Shown here: positions 37,541-48,080 of the stretch, one piece after another
Position numbering within the stretch: the stretch's first letter is position 1
Layout of the letters: each line of letters starts with the position of its first letter
Assembly: GCA_017615595.1 (NCBI GenBank)
Contig: JAFZZT010000050.1
Location: 76,002 to 140,001 of the forward strand
DNA length: 64,000 nucleotides
Direction: 5' to 3'
Origin: Bacteroidales bacterium
GTDB taxonomy: Bacteria > Bacteroidota > Bacteroidia > Bacteroidales > WCHB1-69
Notes under the pieces: generated by a model
What the model saw: the letters and a program-made list of their open reading frames with translations, nothing else
Database searches by the model: none
What the model was told of the DNA's origin: nothing
Translations under genes and position numbers: made by a program

Positions 37541-38305
37541 ATGCCCACCTCACTCATCAATTGCAAAATCAACCTCGGCCTGAACATCATCCGTAAACGC
37601 GCGGACGGATACCATGATCTGCAGACCGTTTTCTATCCGACTGAAGCCTTTACCGACCATCTGTCGGTGGAACCAATTGCGGAGGATTTCGATTTCGTGT
37701 GTCGCAGTGCGGAGGACATCGGACCTTCGGCGGACAATCTGTGCGTGAAGGCTTTCCGATTGTTGCAGCGCGACTATGGCATCCATGGCGCTCGACTGGT
37801 TCTTGACAAGCAGATCCCTACCGGTGCGGGACTTGGTGGCGGCTCCGCAGATGCGGCGTTCACGCTCAAGCTGCTGGCACAACACTTTGGTTTGCAGATT
37901 GATAATGCAGTCCTGAAAGAATACGCCGCGCAGTTGGGCAGCGATGTGCCGTTTTTCGTGGACAATCTGCCCGCGTACGCCCAAGGCCGTGGCGAAATCA
38001 TAAGCCCCGTGGATGTTGACCTCTCTTCCTATCATATTATGGTAGTGAAGCCCGAAGTGTCCGTTTCCACTCGAGAAGCCTACGCGCACGTGCGCCCTCA
38101 CGAGTCGGATGTGAACTTTGCGGAAGTGGTGTGCCATGTCCCCGTACACGAGTGGAAAAACTATCTCTTTAACGACTTTGAAGATTCCGTTTTCGAGCTT
38201 TACCCGCAGTTGGCAGACATCAAACAGAAATTCTACAAAGACGGAGCTGTCTATGCCGCCATGTCGGGCAGCGGTTCCGCCGTTTTCGGGCTTTTCCCGA
38301 AATAG
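37541..38305 (+). CDS. ispE: 4-diphosphocytidyl-2-C-methyl-D-erythritol kinase
   Basis: GHMP kinase motif PTGAGLGGGSADAA. N-terminal KINLGLNI. Confidence 0.9.
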   Translation: MPTSLINCKINLGLNIIRKRADGYHDLQTVFYPTEAFTDHLSVEPIAEDFDFVCRSAEDIGPSADNLCVKAFRLLQRDYGIHGARLVLDKQIPTGAGLGGGSADAAFTLKLLAQHFGLQIDNAVLKEYAAQLGSDVPFFVDNLPAYAQGRGEIISPVDVDLSSYHIMVVKPEVSVSTREAYAHVRPHESDVNFAEVVCHVPVHEWKNYLFNDFEDSVFELYPQLADIKQKFYKDGAVYAAMSGSGSAVFGLFPK

Positions 38306-38473
38306 CCACATCCCCCACGATTGAAATAAGCCCAGACGGCGTTTTTCCTCCGAAATGACATTTACAATCAATAGCAAACAAATTAGACAACCATCTGATT
38401 TTTAATCAGTAAGGCATTTGTATTTTTACTATCAAGGGTTAAATATGGCATAAAAACATAATAAAAAAAAGCG

Positions 38474-38481
38474 TATCTTTG
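38474..38481 (+). promoter_or_regulatory. -7 box TATCTTTG for recA
   Basis: TAnnTTTG match 32 nt upstream of ATG 38513. Confidence 0.55.
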
Positions 38482-38512
38482 CGCTCAAAATAATCCTATA
38501 AAAACAAAACCT

Positions 38513-39535
38513 ATGGCAAAAGAAGATACGAAAAGCAACATCAATGCAGAAAAACTGAAAGTGCTCAACAGCACCTTAGAGAAGTTGGAGAAGACCTTTG
38601 GAAAGGGAGCCATCATGCGGATGGGGGAGACGGAAATCGAGGCGATGGACGTCATTTCAACGGGTTCCATTGGATTGGACGTCGCGTTAGGCGTGGGCGG
38701 TTTCCCGCGCGGGCGCGTGATTGAGATATATGGTCCTGAGTCTTCCGGCAAAACGACTTTAGCCATCTCGGCTATCGCGCAGGCGCAAAAGCAGGGTGGC
38801 ATCGCCGCCTTCATCGATGCAGAACACGCCTTTGACCGTTTCTATGCCGAGAAGTTGGGGGTGAACACCAACGACCTCCTCATCTCACAGCCCGACAATG
38901 GCGAGCAGGCCCTGGAGATTGCCGACAACCTGATCCGTTCCGGTGCCATCGACATCATTGTCATTGACTCCGTGGCAGCCCTGACACCCAAGAGCGAGAT
39001 CGAGGGCGACATGGGAGACTCCAAGGTAGGCCTCCAGGCCAGACTGATGTCCCAGGCCCTTCGCAAACTGACCGCCACCATCAACAAGACCGGCTGCTGC
39101 TGCATCTTCATCAACCAATTGCGTGAGAAGATCGGTGTCATGTTCGGCAACCCCGAAACGACCACTGGCGGTAACGCTTTGAAATTCTACGCTTCCGTGC
39201 GTTTGGATATCCGCCGCCAGACCCAGATCAAAGATGGAGACCAATCCATCGGCAACCACGTCAAGGTGAAAGTGGTCAAGAACAAAGTGGCTCCACCATT
39301 CCGTTTCGCAGAGTTTGACATCATGTTTGGCGAAGGTATCTCCAAAACTGGCGAGATCATCGACTTAGGTGTAGAATACAACGTCATCAAGAAGTCTGGC
39401 TCCTGGTTCTCCTATGGGGACTCCAAGCTGGCACAAGGTCGTGAAGGCGTCAAGCAACTGCTGGCCGACAACCCTGAGCTGTGCGACGAACTGGAAGCCA
39501 AAATCCGGGAAGCCATCAAAGAAAATCAGCATTAA
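38513..39535 (+). CDS. recA: Recombinase RecA
   Basis: GPESSGKTT Walker A. Canonical RecA sequence throughout. Confidence 0.97.
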   Translation: MAKEDTKSNINAEKLKVLNSTLEKLEKTFGKGAIMRMGETEIEAMDVISTGSIGLDVALGVGGFPRGRVIEIYGPESSGKTTLAISAIAQAQKQGGIAAFIDAEHAFDRFYAEKLGVNTNDLLISQPDNGEQALEIADNLIRSGAIDIIVIDSVAALTPKSEIEGDMGDSKVGLQARLMSQALRKLTATINKTGCCCIFINQLREKIGVMFGNPETTTGGNALKFYASVRLDIRRQTQIKDGDQSIGNHVKVKVVKNKVAPPFRFAEFDIMFGEGISKTGEIIDLGVEYNVIKKSGSWFSYGDSKLAQGREGVKQLLADNPELCDELEAKIREAIKENQH

Positions 39536-39536
39536 A

Positions 39537-40535
39537 ATGATGAAAAACAGACTTATACTGCTAGGCTTGGCGCTCCTATTGCTCTCAGGCTGCCACTCTG
39601 GAAAACAGTATGCTGACCTTCCAGAGGAGTTGGCCACGCTGTGTAAAAACATCGACAAACATCCTAAGGATGCTGAGCTCTACTACCAGCGGGCCGACTA
39701 CTATTATTATCACGAAGATATTCAAAAAGGCATAGAGGACATCCAAAAAGCCATCCAGCTGGCACCCGACAGCAGTAAGTACTACATCAAGCTTTCCGAC
39801 CTTTACTTTGCCCAACGCGAAACGGACTTGGCCGAAGAGATGCTTCTGAAAGCCCTGCAGAAGAAGTCTGACAACAATGAGGCACGTTTGAAGTTGGCGG
39901 AGTTGTACTTTCATCAGAGAATGTTCAACCAGTGCGACAAGACCATTCAGGAAGCTTTGGAACTCCAGCGTCACAATCCGAAAGCATATCTCATCAAAGC
40001 TTTTATGCTCAAGGAATTAAGAGACACCACCAACTATTTGAGAATGTTGCAGATGGTCATTGACCAAGATCCGAAAGAGATCAAAGCGTATCTGGAGTTG
40101 GGCTATTTCTACCAGCAGCAGATGAACCCGATGGCTATTGATTACTACACGAATGCGCTGAATGTGGATCCGAACAATGTGGAGATCCACTATAACCTCG
40201 GGAAGATGTACCAGGACCTGGGCCGTCCCGAAGAGGCCATTCAGGAATACAAGACGGCAGTGGGGTTGGATCCCACCCATGTCCCATCGCTTAACAACCT
40301 TGGCTATATGTATTTGGATGACGAGACCAAGTATGAGGAAGCCGCACAGCTATTCACGCAGGCCATACAAGCCAACCCTGACTTTGTGTATTCGTACTGT
40401 AATCGTGGCGTGGCATACGAGTATCTGGGTGAGTATGACAAAGCGCGGGCTGATTATAAGAAGGCCTTGACCTTGAAGACCAACTTCGAGCCTGCCATCA
40501 AGGGATTGAACAGAATTGACGAAAAGCAAAAGTAG
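39537..40535 (+). CDS. TPR-repeat lipoprotein
   Basis: I start at ATG 39537, 1 nt after the recA stop. Lipobox LLLSGC. Multiple TPR units (AIQLAPD..., ALNVDPNN..., AVGLDPTH..., AIQANPDF...). Confidence 0.75.
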   Translation: MMKNRLILLGLALLLLSGCHSGKQYADLPEELATLCKNIDKHPKDAELYYQRADYYYYHEDIQKGIEDIQKAIQLAPDSSKYYIKLSDLYFAQRETDLAEEMLLKALQKKSDNNEARLKLAELYFHQRMFNQCDKTIQEALELQRHNPKAYLIKAFMLKELRDTTNYLRMLQMVIDQDPKEIKAYLELGYFYQQQMNPMAIDYYTNALNVDPNNVEIHYNLGKMYQDLGRPEEAIQEYKTAVGLDPTHVPSLNNLGYMYLDDETKYEEAAQLFTQAIQANPDFVYSYCNRGVAYEYLGEYDKARADYKKALTLKTNFEPAIKGLNRIDEKQK

Positions 40536-40540
40536 CGATT

Positions 40541-41566
40541 ATGAACGAGCATCTAGATCCCAGCAGCCAGCGTCTAAGTTCCTCCGACAAGGAGTTTGAG
40601 CGCGCGATACGTCCGGCGTTGTTCCAGGAATTCCAGGGACAGCAGCAGGTCATTGACAACATCATGGTGTTCGTGCATGCTGCCAAGGCGCGTGGGGAGG
40701 CGTTGGACCACGTCTTGCTGCACGGGCCTCCCGGTTTGGGCAAGACCACCTTATCACACATCATCGGCAACGAGATGGGGGTGAATGTGCGCACCACCTC
40801 CGGGCCCGTCATCGACAAGCCCGGCGACTTGGCGGGTCTGCTGACCAACTTGGAGCCCAATGACGTACTCTTTATTGATGAGATCCATCGGCTCTCTCCC
40901 GTGGTGGAAGAGTATCTGTACTCGGCCATGGAAGACTACAAAATCGACATCATGATCGACAGTGGTCCAAGTGCCCGAAGCGTGCAGATCGCCATCAACC
41001 CGTTCACGTTGGTAGGAGCCACCACACGGTCCGGACTCTTGACCTCTCCCCTGCGGTCCCGTTTCGGCATCAACCTGCGGTTGCAATACTACGACACGGC
41101 CACTTTGGGAAACATCATCAAACGGTCTGCCGCCATCCTGAAAATACCCATCAACGACGAATCGGCATATGAGATAGCCTCCCGGAGCCGAGGCACGCCC
41201 CGTATCGCCAACCTGTTGCTGCGGCGTGTCCGCGATTTTGCGCAAGTCAAGGGAGACGGTTCCATCACACTGCCCATCACACAGGTAGCCTTGGAGGCGC
41301 TGAATGTGGACCGTCACGGCTTGGACGAGATGGACAACCGTATCCTCAGCACTATCATTGAAAAATTCAAGGGAGGACCTGTCGGGCTAACCACCATTGC
41401 CACGGCGGTCAGCGAAGATGCCGGGACTATTGAAGAGGTCTATGAGCCTTTCCTGATCCAGGAGGGTTACCTGATGCGCACCCCACGGGGCCGCGAAGTG
41501 ACCGACTTGGCCTATAAGCATCTCGGCAAGACGCGTTTCCCTTCAGATCAACCAGAACTATTTTAA
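40541..41566 (+). CDS. ruvB: Holliday junction branch migration helicase RuvB
   Basis: [13 protein letters not shown] Walker A, FIDEIHRL Walker B. Canonical length of 341 aa. Confidence 0.97.
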   Translation: MNEHLDPSSQRLSSSDKEFERAIRPALFQEFQGQQQVIDNIMVFVHAAKARGEALDHVLLHGPPGLGKTTLSHIIGNEMGVNVRTTSGPVIDKPGDLAGLLTNLEPNDVLFIDEIHRLSPVVEEYLYSAMEDYKIDIMIDSGPSARSVQIAINPFTLVGATTRSGLLTSPLRSRFGINLRLQYYDTATLGNIIKRSAAILKIPINDESAYEIASRSRGTPRIANLLLRRVRDFAQVKGDGSITLPITQVALEALNVDRHGLDEMDNRILSTIIEKFKGGPVGLTTIATAVSEDAGTIEEVYEPFLIQEGYLMRTPRGREVTDLAYKHLGKTRFPSDQPELF

Positions 41567-41577
41567 AAACCACCATT

Positions 41578-42390
41578 ATGAAAAAACAACTGTTGTTAAC
41601 CATGCTATTCGTCTTATCCTTCGGGATATGCGCAACGGCTCAGAAACCGCCCAGAGGAGGTGGCCATGTCGCCCCAAATATGGGAACGCCAACTGACATT
41701 TTAGAAAAAGACGACGGTTATGGCTCTAAGCTGAATGTCGGCATTTGCTTTGCCCCAACCTTTTCTTGGCTATACCCTCACACCGAAGGTTATGAACGCA
41801 ACGGTGTCGTTTTTCAATTCCACACTGGCGTGAACCTGAATATCAACCTTACAAAAGGCAAGAATTTCTACTTCACTACGGGCGTCCTCTACGAACGACT
41901 CGGGGGCAAGCTGACATATGTGGACAATGTGGAGATCCCCGGACTCATCATCACACCCGGCACCACGACCAACCGGACCTATGTGGCTCAGTACATGACC
42001 GTTCCCATCGGCATCACGCTGAAGACCACTCCTCATCACAATTTCAGTTTTGGAGGCAACGTAGGTATATACAACAGCTTTCTCCTTGGTGCCACCAACC
42101 GTGACGGCTATTTCTTCATGAGCGGACAGGCTGGTCAGGAGCCGGAGTTGTGGGAACGCCAAAAAAACAAATACAACGAATGTGCTCTGCTCAAAGAAGC
42201 AGTCTATGGCGGCATCGGTGTTGAGTATTGTATCACACAAAGCACCAGAGCCAGTCTGTACCTCAACTATGCTCACACGCTCACCAACTTCTTCAAGGGT
42301 CGAGGGCAGGCTGTCAACAGTATGACAGGCGAACCTTTAAAGGCTAAGATGGGTTATGCGGAGATCGTGTTAGGCGTCAACTTCTTCTAG
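41578..42390 (+). CDS. Outer-membrane beta-barrel protein (porin/OMP_b-brl-type)
   Basis: Signal peptide. Alternating hydrophobic strands. C-terminal ...IVLGVNFF. Confidence 0.6.
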   Translation: MKKQLLLTMLFVLSFGICATAQKPPRGGGHVAPNMGTPTDILEKDDGYGSKLNVGICFAPTFSWLYPHTEGYERNGVVFQFHTGVNLNINLTKGKNFYFTTGVLYERLGGKLTYVDNVEIPGLIITPGTTTNRTYVAQYMTVPIGITLKTTPHHNFSFGGNVGIYNSFLLGATNRDGYFFMSGQAGQEPELWERQKNKYNECALLKEAVYGGIGVEYCITQSTRASLYLNYAHTLTNFFKGRGQAVNSMTGEPLKAKMGYAEIVLGVNFF

Positions 42391-42397
42391 CAACCTC

Positions 42398-43009
42398 ATG
42401 AAGTTCATCTGTATTGGTCGCAACTATGCGGCGCACATTGCGGAGTTACAGCATTCAACGCCCAAGGATCCGGTTTTCTTCATGAAGCCAGAATCGGCCA
42501 TCACACGCTGCAACCGCCCCTTCTTCATCCCTGACTTCTCGCAGGAAGTTCACTATGAGACGGAGGTCATTGTCAAGATCAACCGGTTAGGACGACACAT
42601 TCAGGAAAAATTTGCACACCTCTACTATGATGAGATCGGGCTTGGCGTGGACTTTACTGCTCGGGATTTGCAGAGAACATGCATTCAAGACGGAGAACCT
42701 TGGGAGATCGCCAAAGCATTCGACGGTTCGGCTGTTGTGGGCAAGTTCCTGCCCAAGAGCGAATTGCCAGACGTGCAAGACCTCCACTTCCACCTGCTCC
42801 TCAACGGAGAGCAAGTGCAGACAGGTCACACCCGCGACATGTTATTCACTGTTGACCGGCTCATCTCCTACGTCTCGCGCTTCGTCACCCTCAAAATGGG
42901 AGACATCCTCTTCACCGGCACACCAGTCGGTGTCGGCCCTGTCCACATCAACGACCGTCTGGAAGGTTTTTTAGAAGGCCATAAGTCCTTTGACTTCAAG
43001 GTAAAGTAA
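42398..43009 (+). CDS. Fumarylacetoacetate hydrolase (FAH) family protein
   Basis: CIGRNYAAHIAEL, and the TGTPVGVG motif near the C-terminus. Confidence 0.8.
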   Translation: MKFICIGRNYAAHIAELQHSTPKDPVFFMKPESAITRCNRPFFIPDFSQEVHYETEVIVKINRLGRHIQEKFAHLYYDEIGLGVDFTARDLQRTCIQDGEPWEIAKAFDGSAVVGKFLPKSELPDVQDLHFHLLLNGEQVQTGHTRDMLFTVDRLISYVSRFVTLKMGDILFTGTPVGVGPVHINDRLEGFLEGHKSFDFKVK

Positions 43010-43222
43010 CTATGTGATCATCCTGCCCAGAGAGCCTTCAGCACAAGAAAAGATGCTCGGGCATTCCCTGTCTTCGGGATTTTTAGATATAAACATGTTC
43101 GATTTTTTTGTAGTTTTGCGGCCAACTGCGTGACGAGCTGCTCTTTTTAGGCTTCACGTCTTCAGACCAGAGGTCATTCAGGGATTTCATTGACTATCAA
43201 CTCATCTAATAAAAACGCCACA

Positions 43223-44503
43223 ATGAATCTGAAAATCAGACTGATCATCATGAACTTCCTCCAGTTTGCCGTCTGGGGAGCGTACTTGACTTGTATGGGC
43301 ACCTATCTGCATCTGCATGGATTAGGGCATCAAATCGGCATCTTTTATTCCATCCAAGGAATCGTATCCATCTTCATGCCGGCCATCATCGGCATTATTG
43401 CAGACCGCTGGATACAAGCTCAGAAAATGCTTGGTATCAGTCATTTAATTTCAGGTGTCGCCATGATTTGCGCTGGTTTGTACGGATTAAGCGCTGGTGA
43501 CGCGGTGCAATTCGGTCCTCTGTTTGCCTTATACACCATCGGAGTGGCCTTTTACATGCCCACGCTGGCATTATCCAACTCAGTGGCCTATAACGCATTA
43601 GAGCTCGCAGGTTTGGACAGGGTTAAGAACTTCCCTCCCATCCGTGTATTTGGCACCATCGGCTTCATCGTAGCCATGTGGTGTGTAGATCTGCTGGGGT
43701 TCCAGCCTACCGCCAACCAGTTTATCTTGAGCGGCGGCATTGGTCTGGTCTTGGGTGTTTATTCCTTCACCCTGCCTACATGCAACAGTAACAACGACGG
43801 AAAGATCACCTCTGTTGTTGACATGTTCGGTCTTAGGGCATTCACCCTCTTCAAGCAGAAGAAAATGGCCATCTTCTTCATTTTCTCCATGTTATTGGGT
43901 GTATCTTTGCAGATCACCAATGGTTTTGCCAACCCGTTCCTGCACAGCTTTGGGCATATTCCCGAGTATGCGGACACCTTTGGTGTGAAACATGCCAACA
44001 TGCTGATTTCCTTGTCTCAGATTTCTGAAACCTTGTGTATCTTGTTGATTCCGTTCTTCTTGAAGCGATTCGGCATCAAGAAGGTGATGCTGATTGCCAT
44101 GTTTGCATGGGTATTCCGATTCGGCTTCTTCGGATTGGGCAATCCTGGACCGGGAGTCTGGTTGTTCATCCTCTCCTGCATTGTCTATGGCGTTGCGTTC
44201 GACTTCTTCAACATCAGCGGCTCTTTATTTGTGGACCAGCAGACCGACCCCTCCATCCGCGCCTCCGCACAGGGATTGTTCATGCTTATGACCAACGGCA
44301 TCGGTGCCACCGTGGGAACATTTGGCGCCCAGGCAGTGTTGAATCACTTTGTGTTCAACCCTCTCCGTGAGCATGCCGATCCGACTGCCATCATGCAAGG
44401 CTGGACAAACGCGTGGTATGTCTTTGCCGGTTACGCCCTGATCGTTGCTGTAACCTTCATCTTCGCCTTCAAAGAGAATTACTCCCAAGAGCAAACCGCT
44501 TAA
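43223..44503 (+). CDS. nupG: Nucleoside:H+ symporter family MFS permease (NupG/XapB-like)
   Basis: MNLKIRLIIMNFLQFAVWGAYLTCMGTYL parallels the E. coli NupG N-terminus. 12 TM segments. I use the first ATG; the track's TTG extension is unnecessary. Confidence 0.8.
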   Translation: MNLKIRLIIMNFLQFAVWGAYLTCMGTYLHLHGLGHQIGIFYSIQGIVSIFMPAIIGIIADRWIQAQKMLGISHLISGVAMICAGLYGLSAGDAVQFGPLFALYTIGVAFYMPTLALSNSVAYNALELAGLDRVKNFPPIRVFGTIGFIVAMWCVDLLGFQPTANQFILSGGIGLVLGVYSFTLPTCNSNNDGKITSVVDMFGLRAFTLFKQKKMAIFFIFSMLLGVSLQITNGFANPFLHSFGHIPEYADTFGVKHANMLISLSQISETLCILLIPFFLKRFGIKKVMLIAMFAWVFRFGFFGLGNPGPGVWLFILSCIVYGVAFDFFNISGSLFVDQQTDPSIRASAQGLFMLMTNGIGATVGTFGAQAVLNHFVFNPLREHADPTAIMQGWTNAWYVFAGYALIVAVTFIFAFKENYSQEQTA

Positions 44504-45273
44504 TCTGACAAACAGGCAGAGAACACCGTCTTGCCATTTTCCACCAGCATTTCCTGGGCCGCTTGGTTCTGCATGATGCTTCCCCCGATGACATCCAAAT
44601 TAACCAGGTTCGGATTCTCAAACCATTGGGTGATGTCCATATTGAGTTTCAACCGGGTGGTCGTGTTACCTTCCAACACCACATCCTCCAATGGGATTGT
44701 CACCTTGAAGGCATTGTCAATGAAGCCGGTGATACCTCCTTCGCCGTCATAGGATTGTCCGGTGCCAAGATGCATGTTGAAGGGCTTGAGTTGTTGTTCC
44801 GAACCAAGCCAGAAACCATTCAGTTTCAGATGATGGTAACCACCGCCCAGTGCTTCCGGCCAGCTCATCGAATTCTCGGGAGGATTTACGAAATGATGGG
44901 TGATGTTATACTCCGGCGCCAGTCCGAAGACAAAGTCGATTCGGTCATATCTTCCAGCGGGCAGGTGGTCATCCGAAAGTTGCCAAATCAGCGTGGAAGG
45001 GATATCGGCATCCACATAATGGATGCCTTCGTCAGTCAGAAGCGCATATTGAGTGCCATCCGTGCCGACAAGAGTCACTTTGGAGATAAAAAACTGCACC
45101 TCCGTGACTGAAAAGTGGTTACCTGCAGCATTAACGTAGCAAACAGAATCTTGTCGGAGGGCTTCGTCACCTACAGAAAAAGAAAACCGAAAAGCCAAAT
45201 CGGCTTCCGGTTTATGACAGGAGGTAATGCCTAACAGCAGCACTGCTGCGAAAAGAAATATCTTACCATTCAT
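44500..45273 (-). CDS. Lipoprotein, possibly MbnP family
   Basis: Lipobox LLGITSC. FSVTEVQFFISKVTLVGTDG and GGGYHHLKLNGFW resemble MbnP-family blocks as I recall them. The ATG at 45273 is preferred over the TTG at 45279. Confidence 0.4.
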   Translation of the reverse strand: MNGKIFLFAAVLLLGITSCHKPEADLAFRFSFSVGDEALRQDSVCYVNAAGNHFSVTEVQFFISKVTLVGTDGTQYALLTDEGIHYVDADIPSTLIWQLSDDHLPAGRYDRIDFVFGLAPEYNITHHFVNPPENSMSWPEALGGGYHHLKLNGFWLGSEQQLKPFNMHLGTGQSYDGEGGITGFIDNAFKVTIPLEDVVLEGNTTTRLKLNMDITQWFENPNLVNLDVIGGSIMQNQAAQEMLVENGKTVFSACLSD

Positions 45274-45817
45274 CTTCAAACACCTCCTCTGGCATCATGC
45301 CTTCTTCTAAAGAGCTGATGAGTTGTTGAATTTGTTCATCAATCTGATTCAGGAAATCATATTGGGAGGGAGTCCAGTAAGGGCTATCTGTCTTGAACCA
45401 GTTCTCGATAGGAGCAGCAGCGGCAGCTTTCTCGTTGAAATTGGTGATGGTATAGCGGTAGCGATTATCACGACATTCCAGCTTGAAGTTATAATAGACG
45501 ATATTCTTGGGGAGCAACGTACCGTCTTTCTGTTTGGAGAAAATGCGGACGCTGGAGCGCATTTCAATCACATACTTTTCAGCATCAGCCTTTTTAATCA
45601 CCTCGCTGGTGTTCTTATAATACTTCTTCACCCACTTCATAGCACGCTCGTAAAGGACTGCGGGAGTGCCTTCCTGTTTCACCACATCCTGATATGTGAC
45701 CAGATTGGTACGTTCATCAATTGGGAGAGCGGGAGTTGGGAGATCCGTAGCTGGTTTCTGAGCGAACAGGATGGTGGAAAAGAGCATGAACAATGTGAGG
45801 GCTGCAATCTTTTTCAT
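45263..45817 (-). CDS. DUF4468-type secreted protein
   Basis: Signal peptide. VTYQDVVKQEG...LYERAMKWVKKYY...NFKLECRDNRYRYTITNF pattern. Confidence 0.5.
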   Translation of the reverse strand: MKKIAALTLFMLFSTILFAQKPATDLPTPALPIDERTNLVTYQDVVKQEGTPAVLYERAMKWVKKYYKNTSEVIKKADAEKYVIEMRSSVRIFSKQKDGTLLPKNIVYYNFKLECRDNRYRYTITNFNEKAAAAAPIENWFKTDSPYWTPSQYDFLNQIDEQIQQLISSLEEGMMPEEVFEDEW

Positions 45818-45822
45818 AGCTG

Positions 45823-46314
45823 TTATTTTTTTCTGATTAAGGTTTGAAAATACAGATCATATTCATTTTTTTCGTCTTTCGGGCGATAGACGGTGCGGTC
45901 CACCTGCCACTCGTCTTCAGACAGAACAGGGAAATAGACATCGGCCGTGAACGAAGATTTAATGCGGGTGAGGTAAATTTTTTCCGCATAGGGCAGGAAG
46001 AGTCGATACATGGTAGCGCCGCCCATGACGAAGGCTTCGGGGTCATCTTGTACCAGCGCCATAGCGTCTTCTATAGAGTGGACAGTCTCGCAATCTGGAA
46101 AGGCGATGTCGTCCAACGTAATTACGATGTTGCGGCGATTGGGCAAGGGCTTCTTAGGCAAAGACAACCAGGTATTGTCACCCATCAGCACAGGGGCTCC
46201 GGAGGTGATTTTCTTAAAGTACTTCAGGTCAGCGGGCAGATGGCACAGCAACTGGTTTTGATAGCCCAGCTCCATATTGTCGCCCACTGCTGCAATCATG
46301 CTCAGATTTTGCAT
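45823..46314 (-). CDS. folA: Dihydrofolate reductase
   Basis: SMIAAVGDNMELGYQNQLLCHLPADLKYFKKIT, and NRRNIVIT. I start at ATG 46314, because the track's TTG at 46341 lies inside the TACGTTTG promoter box (46339-46346). Confidence 0.9.
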   Translation of the reverse strand: MQNLSMIAAVGDNMELGYQNQLLCHLPADLKYFKKITSGAPVLMGDNTWLSLPKKPLPNRRNIVITLDDIAFPDCETVHSIEDAMALVQDDPEAFVMGGATMYRLFLPYAEKIYLTRIKSSFTADVYFPVLSEDEWQVDRTVYRPKDEKNEYDLYFQTLIRKK

Positions 46315-46374
46315 AGGTTCGGTTTTTTTATCAGACGGCAAACGTACAATTTTTTTAGCAGAAATACCATAGTC

Positions 46375-46403
46375 AAAAAAAGGAAAGCCGTTTTGACTTT
46401 CCC
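46375..46403 (-). terminator. Rho-independent terminator after the purF-like gene
   Basis: The minus strand reads gggaaag-tcaaaacgg-ctttcct followed by a T-run. Confidence 0.6.
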
Positions 46404-46418
46404 TTTATCGCTTTTGAA

Positions 46419-47825
46419 TCATTCTCCGAAGCTGGAGCCATCGAAGCAATGGGTGCAGATTCGTTCCTTGGGCAAACCTACGGATTTCGCGATGACATCC
46501 AAGGTGTTGAACTTCAGGGTATCCACGCCAAGGTGCTTCCGAATGATCTCCACCATGTTGGCATACTCCTTGGTGGAAGAATCCATGTAGCGATGAAGAT
46601 TCTTGTTGCTGTCGCCTTCCAGTTCCTTGATGACGCGGCGGGTGATGAGTTCCAGCTCTGTTTTGGAGGCAGAGAAGTTGAGGTATTGGCAACCGAAGAC
46701 GAGTGGCGGACAGCTGATTCGGATGTGTACCTCCTTGGCTCCGGCGGCATAGAGTTTCTTCACATTGTCGCGCAGCTGGGTGCCGCGAACAATGGAGTCA
46801 TCGCAAAAGACCACCTTCTTGTCTTTCAGCAGCGTGGTGTTGGGAATCAGCTTCATCTTGGCCACATGCTCCCGCATCTCCTGGTTGACAGGCATGAAGC
46901 TGCGCGACCATGTCGGGGTGTATTTCACGATACCACGACGATAGGGTATCCGCTTGCCATTGGAATAGCCCAATGCCATGCCGATGCCGGAGTCCGGGAT
47001 GGCAGAAACGTAGTCCGCCTCCACCTCGTCCACCTTGCCCATCTCATAACCGAGGAGATAACGACTGTTTTCCACGTTGACAGCCTCATACTCGGAAGCC
47101 GGGTAGCCATAGTAAATCCAGAGGAACGAACACACTTGCATTTTTTCATTGGGCGGCAGCAGTTGGGTACAGCCATTCATGTTGACCTCCACGATCTCGC
47201 CCGGGCCCAAGAAGCGTTCAATCTCATAGTCCAAGTTGGAGAAGCTATGGGTGTCAAAGGTCAGGGCGTAGCTGTCGGGGCGTTTGCCCACGACTATGGG
47301 TGTCCGGCCGAGGTAATCACGGGCGGCGATGATGCTATCCTGTGTCAGAATCAACATAGAACATGAGCCTTTAACCTTTTTGTAAACATTCTGGATGCCG
47401 GAAACAAAATCAGCTCCTTGGGAAATCATCAAGGCTATCAGCTCGGTAGGGTTGGTTTTCCCAGAGCTCAGCTCCGTAAACTGCTGATGCTTATCCAGAC
47501 ACTCCTTCTCAAGCTCATCAAGATTGTTGATTTTGCCGACAGTCACAATGGCAAAGCGACCAAGATGGGAATTCACTACAATGGGCTGTGCATCCGTATC
47601 GCTGATGACGCCAATGCCGATGTTGCCCTTGAATTTTCCGATCGTATCTCCGAATTTCGTCCGGAAATATGAATTCTCGATGTTATGGATGGAACGGTAA
47701 AACACATCGTCTTGCATCGTAACCATACCACCTCGCTTGGTGCCAAGGTGAGAATGATAATCTATGCCATAAAACAAATCGGTTGAACAGTTCTCTTTTG
47801 AGACTACTCCAAAGAAACCTCCCAT
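46419..47825 (-). CDS. Amidophosphoribosyltransferase-like protein (PurF family) with Gly in place of the N-terminal nucleophile Cys
   Basis: Ntn-amidotransferase plus PRTase architecture. PRPP loop VVFCDDSIVRGTQ. The N-terminus reads MGGFFGVV where PurF has (M)CGI/VxG. I start at ATG 47825, downstream of the TATTTTTG box. Confidence 0.75.
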   Translation of the reverse strand: MGGFFGVVSKENCSTDLFYGIDYHSHLGTKRGGMVTMQDDVFYRSIHNIENSYFRTKFGDTIGKFKGNIGIGVISDTDAQPIVVNSHLGRFAIVTVGKINNLDELEKECLDKHQQFTELSSGKTNPTELIALMISQGADFVSGIQNVYKKVKGSCSMLILTQDSIIAARDYLGRTPIVVGKRPDSYALTFDTHSFSNLDYEIERFLGPGEIVEVNMNGCTQLLPPNEKMQVCSFLWIYYGYPASEYEAVNVENSRYLLGYEMGKVDEVEADYVSAIPDSGIGMALGYSNGKRIPYRRGIVKYTPTWSRSFMPVNQEMREHVAKMKLIPNTTLLKDKKVVFCDDSIVRGTQLRDNVKKLYAAGAKEVHIRISCPPLVFGCQYLNFSASKTELELITRRVIKELEGDSNKNLHRYMDSSTKEYANMVEIIRKHLGVDTLKFNTLDVIAKSVGLPKERICTHCFDGSSFGE

Positions 47826-48080
47826 GGTGCTACAAACTAAATAGGTTAATGATTCTGTGAACAGCCGGCAAAAATACATTTTTTCATTTTTTACGATTCG
47901 CGGCAGCCGGAATAGTTATCAACGAATTGTTGAAAACGATTTGTTCACCCTTGAGCGCCCCATTCATCAGATATCCCAGCAATCTGATGAGACAAGTAGC
48001 TGCTGGATTTTTTACGGGAGCACTTCTCAAATCTACCATATTTTATGTAGATTTGCGGCGATTTTGGTAAAGAATAAGCA

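Noticed and set aside
37550-38377. 275-aa ORF antisense to ispE
   Set aside because: ispE is clearly identified by its GHMP kinase motif. The antisense frame is a shadow ORF.
43010-43222. Possible riboswitch in the ~110-nt leader upstream of the nucleoside permease
   Set aside because: I could not match purine, 2'-dG, preQ1, ZTP or xanthine (NMT1) riboswitch cores by eye, and only weak 4-5 bp hairpins are present. A covariance-model scan (Rfam/Infernal) would be the decisive test.
46315-46341. TTG-initiated 9-codon extension of folA
   Set aside because: The TTG lies within the predicted -7 promoter box (TACGTTTG, 46339-46346). ATG 46314 gives a normal DHFR N-terminus.
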